DNA of 64,000 nt, taken from positions 45,049 to 109,048 of the forward strand of contig JAJDOK010000073.1 of NCBI GenBank assembly GCA_022340185.1. Direction: 5' to 3'. The notes under the pieces are model-generated. The model saw only the letters and a program-made list of their open reading frames with translations, ran no database searches and had not been told where the DNA came from. Source of the stretch: Salaquimonas sp. Lineage in GTDB: Bacteria > Pseudomonadota > Alphaproteobacteria > Rhizobiales > Rhizobiaceae. Of the stretch, positions 1 to 9,903 are shown one piece after another. The translations under genes were made by a program, and so were the position numbers. Position 1 is the stretch's first letter; each line of letters starts with the position of its first letter.

Positions 1-543
1 GGTTCCGCCGCGCTCGTACTCGAAACACTGGAACACGCCAGGGCGCGAGGTGCCGAAATCCTCGGGGTCATCCGTGGTGTCGGCGAAAAGGCTGATTCCT
101 TCCACCGCACCCGCTCCAGCCCCGACGGCATACCGGCGATTACCGCGATCAAGCTCAGCCTGGAGGATGCCGGTGTCGAAACGGACGAGATCGACTACAT
201 CAACGCACATGGCACTTCGACGCCGGAAAACGACCGCATGGAATACGGCGCACTCAAGAACGTATTCGGCGAAGCCATCCATGATGTGCCCATTTCGTCG
301 AACAAGTCGATGATCGGCCACACGCTTACCGCCGGCGGCGCTGTCGAGGCGGTGTTCTCGCTGATGACCATTCGCGAGGGCGTCATCCCGCCGACGATCA
401 ACTACAACAATCCCGACCCGGATATTCCGCTCGACGTCGTTCCCAACGTCAAACGCGAGGCCACGGTCAAGACGGTCCTGTCGAATTCCTTCGGTTTCGG
501 CGGCCAGAACGCCTGTCTGGTGCTGGGCGCAGAGCCGGCGTGA
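1..543 (+). CDS. beta-ketoacyl-ACP synthase II family, 3' part (5' end lies outside the window); its position matches fabF1XL of the rhizobial VLCFA lipid A cluster
   Basis: Frame 1 is open from nt 1. The translation contains INAHGTSTPENDR and the C-terminal SNSFGFGGQNACLVLG, both KAS I/II hallmarks. ADH and LpxXL-like genes follow. Confidence 0.9.
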   Translation, partial: GSAALVLETLEHARARGAEILGVIRGVGEKADSFHRTRSSPDGIPAITAIKLSLEDAGVETDEIDYINAHGTSTPENDRMEYGALKNVFGEAIHDVPISSNKSMIGHTLTAGGAVEAVFSLMTIREGVIPPTINYNNPDPDIPLDVVPNVKREATVKTVLSNSFGFGGQNACLVLGAEPA

Positions 544-647
544 TCCGGAGCAGGTTTTGCTCGCCTTGTCCTGAGCGGCTGCCTCGTGTAACCACGGCCC
601 GCCGCCAGTTTGGCCTTTTCTAATTCCATCATGGAGCAAGTGTCCGC

Positions 648-1679
648 GTGCGCGCCCTGCAGCTAGTTTCCGACCGCGAGGTCAAGGTCACCGATGTCGA
701 AGCACCGCCGCCCCCCGGCCAAGGCGAAGTGCAGCTCAAGATCAAGGTGGTGGCGCTCAACCATATCGATGTCTGGGGCTGGCGCGGTATGGCTTTCGCC
801 AAGCGCAAGCTGCCGATGACGGTCGGCGCGGAAGCTTCCGCCGAGATCGCGGCCATCGGTCCCGGCGTCACTGGCCTGAAGACCGGCGATCTGGTGGCGA
901 TATACGGCGCTCCGACCTGTGGACGCTGCCGGGCCTGTCGTGACGGCCGCGACAATCTTTGCGAACACCCCAGGGGCGTGCATGGCTTCCATCTCGACGG
1001 CTATGCCCGCGAATACGCCAACATGCCGGCGCGCAATGTCATTCCGGCACCCGAAGGCATCGACGACGTCGCCGCCGCGCTCGCGCCCGTAACCTTCGGC
1101 ACATCGGAGCACATGTTGTTCGACAACGCCCAGCTTCTGCCCGGCGAGACCGTGCTGATCCATGCCGGCGGCTCGGGCATCGGCACGGCCGCCATCCAGC
1201 TTGCCAAGAAGGTCGGCGCCACCGTCATCACCACGGTCGGCTCCGACGACAAGATCGACAAATGCGTCGAACTCGGCGCCGATCACGTCATCAACTACCG
1301 TTCCGACCGCTTCGAGGGTGCGGTGCGCAAGCTGACGAAAAAGGTCGGCGTCGATGTCGTCTTCGAACATGTCGGCAAGGACACCTGGGCGGGATCGATG
1401 CTGTCGATGCGACCCGGTGGGCGCCTCGTCACCTGCGGCTCGACCTCCGGTATATCGGCAGACACCAATCTGATGATGCTGTTCCAGCGCCAGTTGCGCC
1501 TGATCGGCTCTTTCGGCTGCCGCATGTCGAACCTCGTCACCGTGATGGAGAAGATGTCCAAGGGCGTCGTCAGACCCGTCGTCGATACCGAGATCGAATT
1601 CGGCGATCTGGAACCGGCGCTCGCGCGCATGGAAAACCGCAAGGTGTTCGGCAAGATCATCATGCGCGTCAATACGTGA
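648..1679 (+). CDS. zinc-type medium-chain alcohol dehydrogenase/reductase family (adhA2XL-like position)
   Basis: 343-aa ORF with a GTG start. It has the structural-zinc Cys cluster CGRCRACRDGRDNLC and the Rossmann motif HAGGSGIGTAAIQLAK. The antisense ORF 663..1688 is rejected. Confidence 0.85.
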   Translation: MRALQLVSDREVKVTDVEAPPPPGQGEVQLKIKVVALNHIDVWGWRGMAFAKRKLPMTVGAEASAEIAAIGPGVTGLKTGDLVAIYGAPTCGRCRACRDGRDNLCEHPRGVHGFHLDGYAREYANMPARNVIPAPEGIDDVAAALAPVTFGTSEHMLFDNAQLLPGETVLIHAGGSGIGTAAIQLAKKVGATVITTVGSDDKIDKCVELGADHVINYRSDRFEGAVRKLTKKVGVDVVFEHVGKDTWAGSMLSMRPGGRLVTCGSTSGISADTNLMMLFQRQLRLIGSFGCRMSNLVTVMEKMSKGVVRPVVDTEIEFGDLEPALARMENRKVFGKIIMRVNT

Positions 1680-1709
1680 CAGGGGCACGCCCCCACCCCG
1701 CTCACAACG

Positions 1710-2642
1710 ATGTCAACGCTTCACAAGAAACCGACCAAATATCCGCGCTGGTACGTGCTGGCGAGGAACACCGGCCACTGGATCTCGGCCCAGTTCTTCT
1801 TCGGCCTGATCGCATTCCTTAAATTGTTTCCAGCCGACGCGGCGATCGATTTCATCGAACGCATGGGCCGCTTTTTCGGCATGCGTTATCCGCGCACTGA
1901 GGTCGCGCGCAGGAACTTGAAGCTCGCCTTCCCCGAAAAGGGTGACGATGAAATAGAGCAGATCCTGTCCGACATGTGGGGCAGCCTGTCGCGCACGGCT
2001 GCCGAATACGCCTATCTCGACGAGATTTTCGACTTTGATGACCAGACCGACGAGGTCGGTCGCTTCGAGATCACCGGCATCCCGAACTTCGCCGAACTGA
2101 AATACATGGACGGCCCGGCGATCTGTTTCACGGCGCACACCGCCAACTGGGAGGTGCTGCCGGTTTCCTCAGCCGCATACGGTGTCAATGTTACCGCACT
2201 GTTCCGCCCGCCCAACAATCCCTATATCGCCAAGCGGGTACTGGCCGCGCGGCGCACCGCCATGGGCCATCTGGTGCCCTCTAAGGCGGGGGCATCCTGG
2301 GCGTTGGCCGACATCTTGCGCGAGGGCGGCAAGGTCGGCCTGCTGGTCGACCAGTACTACAAGAAGGGCGTACCGATCACCTTCTTCGGCCGCCCGACCA
2401 AGGGCAACCAGTTGCTCGCCAAGCTGGTCCGCCAGTTCGATTGCCCCGTCTATCCGGTGCGCTCCGTACGCCTGCCGAACGGACGCTTCCGCATCGAGAT
2501 GCAGGAAAAGATCGACATCCCGCGCGACGAAAAGGGCAAGGTCGACATCAACGCACTGACCCAGAAGGTCAACGAAATCGTCGAAGGCTGGGTGCGCGAA
2601 TATCCCGGCCAGTGGCTCTGGCTGCATAAACGCTGGCGTTAG
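1710..2642 (+). CDS. lpxXL: lipid A biosynthesis late acyltransferase (HtrB/MsbB/LpxXL family)
   Basis: 310 aa with an N-terminal TM segment and the HTANWE (HX4E) acyltransferase motif. Its synteny (KAS-ADH-acyltransferase) matches the Rhizobium acpXL-lpxXL cluster. Confidence 0.8.
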   Translation: MSTLHKKPTKYPRWYVLARNTGHWISAQFFFGLIAFLKLFPADAAIDFIERMGRFFGMRYPRTEVARRNLKLAFPEKGDDEIEQILSDMWGSLSRTAAEYAYLDEIFDFDDQTDEVGRFEITGIPNFAELKYMDGPAICFTAHTANWEVLPVSSAAYGVNVTALFRPPNNPYIAKRVLAARRTAMGHLVPSKAGASWALADILREGGKVGLLVDQYYKKGVPITFFGRPTKGNQLLAKLVRQFDCPVYPVRSVRLPNGRFRIEMQEKIDIPRDEKGKVDINALTQKVNEIVEGWVREYPGQWLWLHKRWR

Positions 2643-2664
2643 AACGCAAGGTTCTGCCTGTCAA

Positions 2665-2702
2665 AAAAGAAAAAGGCCCGCCAGAACCAGCGGGCCTTTT
2701 CC
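2665..2702. terminator. bidirectional rho-independent terminator between convergent genes
   Basis: An A-run, then the GGCCCGC stem (2675-2681), an 8-nt loop, the GCGGGCC stem (2690-2696), and a T-run. Confidence 0.6.
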
Positions 2703-2720
2703 TGCATACGTAGGAGCACA

Positions 2721-3146
2721 TCACCGCGTAATCGTGATCTTCACATTGCCGTTCCCGGCCGATTTCACCAGGCTGTAGAATGTGGCCGCGTTTGCCGGAA
2801 GCAGGCGTACGCAGCCATGCGAGGCCGGACTGCCCAGATGCTTGACGGCGTTCGTGCCGTGAATAGCGTAGCCACCGCGGAAGAATACCGAATGCGGCAT
2901 GGGCGACATGTGGTACTTGCGCGAATACCACATCTTCTCGAGACGCTGCGGCCGGTAACTGCCGACCGGTGTCACATAGCCCCGCCTTGCCGTGGAAACC
3001 GGCCAAGTGTAGCGCAGGAAACCGTACTGATAGACCCGCATGCGCTGGTCGGACAGGTCGATTCTCGCCTCGACTGCCGCTGCATGGGCAGGTCCCGCCA
3101 TCAATACGGTCATGACGACCGCCGTGGCGGCCAGCAATTGTCTCAT
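2721..3146 (-). CDS. L,D-transpeptidase (YkuD domain), secreted
   Basis: 141 aa with a signal peptide ending AHA-AAV. It has the catalytic motif HGTNAVKHLGSPASHGCVRL. Confidence 0.85.
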   Translation of the reverse strand: MRQLLAATAVVMTVLMAGPAHAAAVEARIDLSDQRMRVYQYGFLRYTWPVSTARRGYVTPVGSYRPQRLEKMWYSRKYHMSPMPHSVFFRGGYAIHGTNAVKHLGSPASHGCVRLLPANAATFYSLVKSAGNGNVKITITR

Positions 3147-3392
3147 CTGTTCCCTCCGGACGAACGAACCCTGGTCATCATTTCAAGCCCCTGACACACA
3201 ACATAGGCCGGAAAGCCTTGAAATTCCACTTTGATACCCGCCTGGCTTGAAGCTTTTCCCGCAAAGAAGATTTAGGAAGTTCAAAAAGATTCGCCATCCG
3301 GCGCCCCTTCCCTGACGCGCGTGAATGCCATTGCCAGCCGGCCCGCGCTGTGGAACCATCCTGCCGTTGCAGGAAACCGGACATGCCCGGAA

Positions 3393-4685
3393 ATGGATGA
3401 ATTCAGGCACGATTTGTGGCCCGGCCTCGACCGGCGCATCGAGGACATGCGCGGCGAACTGGTCGAACTCACCTGCGCGCTCATCCGCTTTCCGACCGTC
3501 AATCCGCCGGGTGACGCCTACACGCCCTGCGCCGAGTTCATTGCCCGGCGGCTTTTGAACGACGGTTTCGACGTCAAGCTCATTCGCGGTGAAGGCACGC
3601 CGGGTGACAGCGACCGATTTCCGCGCACCAATGTCGTTGCCCGCATCGAGGGCAAACGGTCCGGCCCCACCGTTCACTTTAATTCCCATATCGACGTGGT
3701 GGAAGCAGGCGAAGGCTGGAGCTTCGATCCCTTCGGCGCTGAAATCCGCGATGGCAGGATCTACGGACGCGGCACCTGCGACATGAAGGGAGGACTGGCC
3801 GCCTCCGTCATCGCCGTTGAAGCCTATCTGGCGGCCAATTCCGACTTTCCCGGCGCGATCGAGATTTCCGGCACGGTGGACGAGGAATCCGGCGGCTATG
3901 GCGGTGTCGCCTATCTCGCCGCGCAAGGTCTGTTTTCCAAACCGCGCGTCGATCATGTCATCATCCCCGAACCTCTCAACAAGGATCGCATCTGCCTCGG
4001 CCATCGCGGCGTGTGGTGGGCCGAAATCGAGACGAAAGGCGAGATCGCGCACGGTTCCATGCCGTTCCTGGGCGACTGCGCCGTACGCCATATGGGCGCC
4101 GTACTCGAAGCCTTCGAGCGCGACCTGTTTCCTGCACTCGCCAGGAAGCAGACATCGATGCCGGTCGTGCCCGAGGGTGCGCGGCGCTCGTCCATGAACC
4201 TCAACGCCATCCATGGCGGGCAAACTGACGATTATGCCGGCCTGCCTTCGCCCAATGTTCCCGATTCCTGCCGGCTGACCATCGACCGGCGCTTCCTGAT
4301 CGAGGAAGACCTTGCCGAGGTCAAGCGCGAGGTCGTCGCCATCCTCGAGGGACTGAAGGCGACACGGCCCAAATTTGACTACAACATCCGGGACATAATG
4401 GAAGTGCTGCCGACCATGACGCAGAGGAACGCCCTGGTGGTGGAAGCCGTTGCCGCCGGCATTTCGGAAGTGTTCGGACGTGAACCCGACTACGTCATCT
4501 CGCCCGGCACCTACGACCAGAAGCACATCGCCCGCATCGGCCACCTGCACGACTGCATCGCCTACGGTCCCGGCATCCTCGACCTCGCCCACCGCCCCAA
4601 TGAATTCATCGTCATCGACGACATGGTCGAGAGCGCCCGCGTCATGGCCCGCGCGCTGCATATGCTTTTACACGGCCCCTCCTGA
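3393..4685 (+). CDS. M20 family metallopeptidase (ArgE/DapE-like deacylase)
   Basis: Motifs HIDVVEAGEGW and GRGTCDMKGG. The track ORF starts at GTG 3321. I prefer ATG 3393, which gives about 430 aa, typical for the family. Confidence 0.8.
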   Translation: MDEFRHDLWPGLDRRIEDMRGELVELTCALIRFPTVNPPGDAYTPCAEFIARRLLNDGFDVKLIRGEGTPGDSDRFPRTNVVARIEGKRSGPTVHFNSHIDVVEAGEGWSFDPFGAEIRDGRIYGRGTCDMKGGLAASVIAVEAYLAANSDFPGAIEISGTVDEESGGYGGVAYLAAQGLFSKPRVDHVIIPEPLNKDRICLGHRGVWWAEIETKGEIAHGSMPFLGDCAVRHMGAVLEAFERDLFPALARKQTSMPVVPEGARRSSMNLNAIHGGQTDDYAGLPSPNVPDSCRLTIDRRFLIEEDLAEVKREVVAILEGLKATRPKFDYNIRDIMEVLPTMTQRNALVVEAVAAGISEVFGREPDYVISPGTYDQKHIARIGHLHDCIAYGPGILDLAHRPNEFIVIDDMVESARVMARALHMLLHGPS

Positions 4686-4818
4686 CTTGTGCCGGCCGAA
4701 AACAACCGGCAATCTGTTGCATATTGACGCCGAGTTCATCATTGTGCAGCGCGAAAACGGCATCGGATCACATGGGTGCCGAGAATTTGCCTATCGGTTC
4801 ACAGGAGGAGTCTTTTCC

Positions 4819-6306
4819 ATGAACGCATTCAGGAAGTTCACCGTCGCCACGGCTTTCGGCGCGGTTGCGACCTTCGCATTGCCAGCCCATGCCGCGCGCA
4901 CCGACCTGACCCTCGGCATGGTGCTGGAGCCGCCGCATCTGGACGCGACCGCCGGCGCACCCGCGGCGATCCGCGAAGTCACCTACGCCAACATCTACCA
5001 GGGCCTCACCCGTCTCGATATCGACGGCAAGATGCAGCCCGCGCTCGCCGAAAGCTGGACGATCTCCGACGATGGCAAGGTCTATACCTTCAAGCTGCAT
5101 TCCGGCGTGAAGTTCCACGATGGCACCGATTTCGACGCCAATGACGTCAAGTTCACGCTCGACCGCGACCGCGGCGCCGACTCGACCAATTCGCAGAAGC
5201 AGCTCTTCGCCCATATCACCGATGTCGAGGTCGTCGACCCGTTGACGGTCAGGATCACGCTCGACCAGCCGGTGGGCAATTTCCTCAACGACATGGCCCG
5301 TGGCGAGGCGGTGATCGTCGCGCCGGAATCGGCCGACACCAACAAGGAAACCCCGATCGGCACCGGACCGTTCAAGTTCGATCACTGGGCCAAGGGTTCC
5401 GAGATCACGCTGGTCAGGAACCCCGATTACTGGGGCACGCCGGCGCAGCTCGACAAAGCGGTGTTCCGCATCATTCCCGACGCCGCCGCCGCGGTGCCGG
5501 CACTCCTGTCGGGTGACGTTCAGGCTTTCGCCAACATGCCAGCCGGCGACGCGCTGCCGCAAATCGAGGCCGATCCGCGCTTCAAGGTCGTCATCGGCGC
5601 CACCGAGGGCGAGACGATTCTCGCCATCAACAATGGCAAGCCGCCCTTCGACAATCTGAAAGTGCGCCAGGCGATCTCCTACGCACTCAACCGCAAGGAC
5701 ATCATCGACGGCGCAAGCTCGGGCCTCGGCGTGCCGATCGGTTCACACTTCTCGCCCGCCGACCCCGGCTATGTCGACCTGACCGGCATGTATCCCTTCG
5801 ATCCGGAAAAGGCGAAGGAACTGTTGAAGGAGGCGGGTTACCCCGACGGCTTCAAGGCCACGCTGAAACTGCCGCCGCCGCCCTATGCCCGCCAGGGCGG
5901 TGAGATTATCGCCGCGGAACTGCGCAATATCGGCATCGATGTCGAGATCATCCCGGTCGAATGGGCCGACTGGGTCGCCAATGTCTTTAAACAGAAGGAC
6001 TACGACATGACGATCATCTCGCATGTCGAGCCCAACGACATCGGCATCTATGCCCGCGACGACTATTATTTCGACTACCACAATCCGAAGTTCAACGCGG
6101 TCATGGCCGAACTCGACAAGACGACGGATCAGGCAAAACGCCTGGAGCTTTTGGGCCAGGCGCAGAGGATTCTCGCCGACGACGCCGTCAACGGCTTCCT
6201 GTTCGAACTGCCGAAAGTCGGTGTCTGGGACGCCAAGCTTCAGGGCATGTGGCCCAATTGGCCGATCTTCGCCAACGATCTGTCGGAAGTCTATTGGGAA
6301 GACTGA
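4819..6306 (+). CDS. ABC transporter substrate-binding protein, family 5 (peptide/nickel/opine type)
   Basis: ATG 4819 is preceded by AGGAGG (4804-4809). It has the signal peptide MNAFRKFTVATAFGAVATFALPAHA. The 4450 start in the track is an upstream read-through. Confidence 0.9.
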   Translation: MNAFRKFTVATAFGAVATFALPAHAARTDLTLGMVLEPPHLDATAGAPAAIREVTYANIYQGLTRLDIDGKMQPALAESWTISDDGKVYTFKLHSGVKFHDGTDFDANDVKFTLDRDRGADSTNSQKQLFAHITDVEVVDPLTVRITLDQPVGNFLNDMARGEAVIVAPESADTNKETPIGTGPFKFDHWAKGSEITLVRNPDYWGTPAQLDKAVFRIIPDAAAAVPALLSGDVQAFANMPAGDALPQIEADPRFKVVIGATEGETILAINNGKPPFDNLKVRQAISYALNRKDIIDGASSGLGVPIGSHFSPADPGYVDLTGMYPFDPEKAKELLKEAGYPDGFKATLKLPPPPYARQGGEIIAAELRNIGIDVEIIPVEWADWVANVFKQKDYDMTIISHVEPNDIGIYARDDYYFDYHNPKFNAVMAELDKTTDQAKRLELLGQAQRILADDAVNGFLFELPKVGVWDAKLQGMWPNWPIFANDLSEVYWED

Positions 6307-6425
6307 TCGGCAAGCCTTTCTTGCCCTTTCGGATCGGGTAAAGGCATGGAAGTGACGCATTCGCCCACTTGTCCTCCTCCCCCCTTCGACAAGCTAAGGA
6401 GTGGGGAGGGTAAGGACACAGCCGC

Positions 6426-7373
6426 ATGACCCGCTATGTCCTCAGGCGTCTCGCGATCGGCATCCTCACGCTGGTCTTCGCCTCGGCGGTTGTCTTTTTC
6501 GTCATGGAAATCCTGCCGGGCGACCCTGCCCGGCTGATGCTCGGCCTGAACGCGACCGAAGACGCCATCTCCGCATTGCGCCAGCAGATGGGCCTCGATC
6601 AACCGGTATTCGTCCGCTATCTGGCCTGGATCGGCGGCCTCCTTGTCGGTGACTTCGGCCGCTCCTACACCTATTCGGTACCGGTACTGGAACTGGTGAC
6701 CGAGCGGGCCGCAGTCTCGTTGCCGCTCGCTTTTCTCTCGCTCATCCTGCTGACCGTCATCGCCATTCCGGTCGGACTCTTTGCTGCTGCCCGCCGTGGC
6801 CGCGCCGCCGACGCCATCGTCATGGGCTTGTCCCAGATGGGCGTCGCCATCCCTAATTTCTGGTTCGCTTTGCTGCTTGTCTACTTCTTTGCCGTCTGGC
6901 TGCGATGGGTACCGTCGGGCGGATTTCCGGGCTGGCAGTCCGGTCTGTGGCCGGGCGTCAAGGCGCTCATCATGCCGGCCGTCGCGCTCGCTTTGCCCCA
7001 GGCCGCGATCCTGGCGCGCGTAACCCGTGGCGCGCTGATCGACGTGCTGGGCGAGGACTATATCCGCACCGCCCGCGCCAAGGGCCTGCCGCGCAACCAG
7101 GTGCTGTGGCGCCACGCGCTGCGCAATGCACTCATACCGGTGCTCACCATTCTCGGCCTGCAATTCGCCTTCCTGATCGCCGGCACCATCATCATCGAGA
7201 ACGTGTTCTATCTGCCGGGCCTCGGACGGCTGATCTTCCAGGCGATCACCCAGCGCGACCTCATCGTCGTCGAAAGCGTCGTCATGCTGCTAGTCGCCAG
7301 CGTCATCCTTGTCAATCTCGTCGTCGACCTGTCCTACGCCATCGTTGATCCGCGCCTCAGGGGCGCCAGATGA
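6426..7373 (+). CDS. ABC transporter permease (DppB/OppB-like)
   Basis: 315 aa with multiple TM segments and a family-typical C-terminus, DLSYAIVDPRLR. Confidence 0.9.
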   Translation: MTRYVLRRLAIGILTLVFASAVVFFVMEILPGDPARLMLGLNATEDAISALRQQMGLDQPVFVRYLAWIGGLLVGDFGRSYTYSVPVLELVTERAAVSLPLAFLSLILLTVIAIPVGLFAAARRGRAADAIVMGLSQMGVAIPNFWFALLLVYFFAVWLRWVPSGGFPGWQSGLWPGVKALIMPAVALALPQAAILARVTRGALIDVLGEDYIRTARAKGLPRNQVLWRHALRNALIPVLTILGLQFAFLIAGTIIIENVFYLPGLGRLIFQAITQRDLIVVESVVMLLVASVILVNLVVDLSYAIVDPRLRGAR

Positions 7374-7383
7374 GGACAGGACG

Positions 7384-8256
7384 ATGAGCGACATGTCCGT
7401 CACCTCGGCGCCTTCCGGTACGGCGAGCTTCCTGCGCCGAGCCTTGCGCAACCGTTCTTTCATGGTTGGCCTGGTCATCACGCTTTTCGTAGCGGCCATC
7501 GCACTCCTCTCCTTCGTCTGGACGCCCTACGACATCACGCAATTGCCGGTTTCCGAGCGCATGAAACCGCCCTCGGCTACCCACTGGTTCGGTACGGACC
7601 ATTTCGGCCGCGACATTCTGTCGATGATCATGATCGGCGCGCGCAATTCGATTGCCGTCGCGCTCGTCGCCGTCGGCATCGGCATGGGCATCGGAGTGCC
7701 GCTCGGCACAATTGCCGCCGCACGCGGCGGCTGGCTCGACGAAACGGTAATGCGCTTCAACGACATCATCTTCGCCTTCCCCGCCCTGCTTTCGGCGATC
7801 ATGATCACCGCGATCTTTGGCCCCGGCGCCGTAAATGCCATCGTCGCCATCGGCATTTTCAACATCCCGGTCTTTGCCCGTGTCGCGCGTGCGGGCGCGC
7901 TCGCCCTGTGGCCACGCGAATTCGTCATGGCCGCCCGTGTCGCCGGCAAGGGCGCGGCGCGCATCACGGTCGAGCACATCCTGCCCAACATCGTCAGCCT
8001 GTTGCTCGTGCAGGGCACCATCCAGTTCGCGCTCGGCATCCTGGCGGAAGCCGGCCTCTCCTATGTCGGTCTCGGCGCCCAGCCACCCATGCCGAGTTGG
8101 GGACGCATGCTGTTCGACGCCCAGACGCGCATGATCGTCGCTCCCTATCTGGCGCTGTTTCCGGGTCTGGCCATCGTCATTACCGTGCTTGGCCTCAACC
8201 TGCTCGGCGACGGATTGCGCGATCTACTCGACCCGCGCCTCAACCGGGAGCGCTGA
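7384..8256 (+). CDS. ABC transporter permease (DppC/OppC-like)
   Basis: In-frame ATG 7384 lies just after the upstream stop. It has TM-rich sequence and the C-terminus GDGLRDLLDPRL. Confidence 0.9.
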   Translation: MSDMSVTSAPSGTASFLRRALRNRSFMVGLVITLFVAAIALLSFVWTPYDITQLPVSERMKPPSATHWFGTDHFGRDILSMIMIGARNSIAVALVAVGIGMGIGVPLGTIAAARGGWLDETVMRFNDIIFAFPALLSAIMITAIFGPGAVNAIVAIGIFNIPVFARVARAGALALWPREFVMAARVAGKGAARITVEHILPNIVSLLLVQGTIQFALGILAEAGLSYVGLGAQPPMPSWGRMLFDAQTRMIVAPYLALFPGLAIVITVLGLNLLGDGLRDLLDPRLNRER

Positions 8257-8260
8257 GCAG

Positions 8261-9901
8261 ATGGCGCTTCTTGAAATCGAAAACCTTGGCCTCACCATCG
8301 CGGGCAGGCCCATCCTGCGAGACATCGACCTGACCGTCGAACCGGGCGAGATACTGGGCGTGGTCGGCGAATCGGGTTCCGGCAAGTCGCTGACCGCGCT
8401 GTCGGTCATGCAACTCCTGCCACACCTGTCGGCAACTTCCGGCAGCGTGCGTTTCGACGGCGCCGAACTCCTCGGCGCTTCCGAGCGCGCCATGTGCCAG
8501 TTGCGGGGCGACGATATCGGCATGGTCTTCCAGGAGCCGATGACCGCACTCAATCCGGTCAAGACCATCGGCGAACAGATCGCCGAGGGAATTCGCTGGC
8601 ATGCCCGAGTTCGGGCCCGCGAGGCGCTGGCACGCACCGCCTCGATCATGCAGCGCGTCGGCCTGCCGCCTGCCGACTTCCCGCTGTCGCGGTTTCCGCA
8701 CGAATTGTCCGGCGGCCAGCGCCAGCGTGTCGGCATCGCCATTGCCTGCGCCATGCACCCGCGACTGCTGATTGCCGACGAGCCGACCACGGCGCTGGAC
8801 GTCACCATTCAGGCCCAGATTCTTGACCTTTTGCGCAGCCTGGTGCGCGAAACCGGCATGGCGCTGGTCCTGATCACGCATGACCTCGGCGTCGTTGCCG
8901 ACATGGCCGACCGGATCGCCGTCATGCGCGAAGGGATTGTCGTCGAGGAAGGTTCAACCCTTGATGTGCTGGCCCACAGCCGCCACGCCTATACGCAGCA
9001 ACTGGCGGAAGCTTCCGCTCATGTGCCCGTGCGCCATACACCGCCCGTCCTGACACGCGATGCGCAAGCCAGGAGCGCGAAGCCCCTGCTCTCGGTACGC
9101 GATCTCGTCTGCACCTATCCCCGCTCCCATCGCTATCCCTTCGACCGGCCGGAACCGTTCCAGGCTGTGCGCGGCGTCTCCTTCGATGTGTATTCCGGAC
9201 AGACCATGGCGCTGGTCGGCGAATCGGGTTGCGGGAAATCGACACTGTCGCGCGCCATTCTGGGCCTGCACAGGCCCGCCGGCGGCACGCTTTCCTTCGA
9301 TGGTGTCGATATCGCCGGCGGTGACCACGAACAAATCACCGCCGCGCGCCGCGAAATGCAGATTGTCTTCCAGGACCCTTACGGCTCGTTCAATCCGCGC
9401 CACCGCGTCGCCCGCCTTGTCGCCGAACCGCTGCACCTGCGACCGGAACTGTCAAGCGACGAAAAGCGCCGACGGGTCGAGGAGGCGCTTGACGCCGTCG
9501 GCCTGATGCGCGCCGACATGCACAAATACCCGCATGAATTTTCCGGTGGCCAGCGCCAGCGCCTGGCGATCGCACGCGCCCTCGTTATCCGCCCGAAGCT
9601 GATCATTGCAGACGAACCGGTTTCGGCCCTCGACGTGTCGATCCGAGCCCAGATCCTCGATCTGTTGAGCGAATTGCGCGACCGGCTGCACATCGCCTGC
9701 CTGTTCGTGACGCACGATCTGTCGGTGGTGCGTGCATTCGCCGATGAAGTGCTGGTCATGCGCGCCGGCCGCTTCGTCGAGCACGGTCCGGTCGAAGCGG
9801 TATTCGAACAGCCTGAAAACGCCTATACGCGGCAATTGCTAGGAGCCGCGCCGGATCTTCACCGAACGCTCGCGCGCCTCGGCGAAGACCGCGCTACTTA
9901 G
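8261..9901 (+). CDS. ABC transporter ATP-binding protein, duplicated ATPase (DppD/DppF fusion type)
   Basis: Two Walker A motifs (GESGSGKS, GESGCGKS) and two LSGGQRQR signatures. ATG 8261 lies 2 nt after the permease stop. Confidence 0.9.
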   Translation: MALLEIENLGLTIAGRPILRDIDLTVEPGEILGVVGESGSGKSLTALSVMQLLPHLSATSGSVRFDGAELLGASERAMCQLRGDDIGMVFQEPMTALNPVKTIGEQIAEGIRWHARVRAREALARTASIMQRVGLPPADFPLSRFPHELSGGQRQRVGIAIACAMHPRLLIADEPTTALDVTIQAQILDLLRSLVRETGMALVLITHDLGVVADMADRIAVMREGIVVEEGSTLDVLAHSRHAYTQQLAEASAHVPVRHTPPVLTRDAQARSAKPLLSVRDLVCTYPRSHRYPFDRPEPFQAVRGVSFDVYSGQTMALVGESGCGKSTLSRAILGLHRPAGGTLSFDGVDIAGGDHEQITAARREMQIVFQDPYGSFNPRHRVARLVAEPLHLRPELSSDEKRRRVEEALDAVGLMRADMHKYPHEFSGGQRQRLAIARALVIRPKLIIADEPVSALDVSIRAQILDLLSELRDRLHIACLFVTHDLSVVRAFADEVLVMRAGRFVEHGPVEAVFEQPENAYTRQLLGAAPDLHRTLARLGEDRAT

Positions 9902-9903
9902 CT

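Noticed and set aside
3183-4661. Long antisense ORFs that mirror real genes. Examples: 3183..4661(-), 663..1688(-), 14464..15531(+), 16060..17619(-), 24181..25635(-), 29957..31012(-), 34815..35624(-), 41953..43491(-), 43954..46410(+), 49502..50695(-), 51366..52976(-), 51938..53686(+), 54003..55244(-), 56233..58323(+).
   Set aside because: Their translations are Arg/Ala/Gly/His-rich low-complexity strings with no motifs, while the opposite strand carries clear family signatures. Stop-poor antisense frames are expected at this GC content.
4450-4818. Upstream extensions of track ORFs. Examples: 4450 for the SBP, 7309, 8189, 16030, 17391, 22150, 23523, 23753, 24085, 40999, 49166.
   Set aside because: In each case an internal ATG has an SD, a signal peptide or a coupling overlap that starts the recognisable domain. 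The extension overlaps the preceding gene or is low-complexity.
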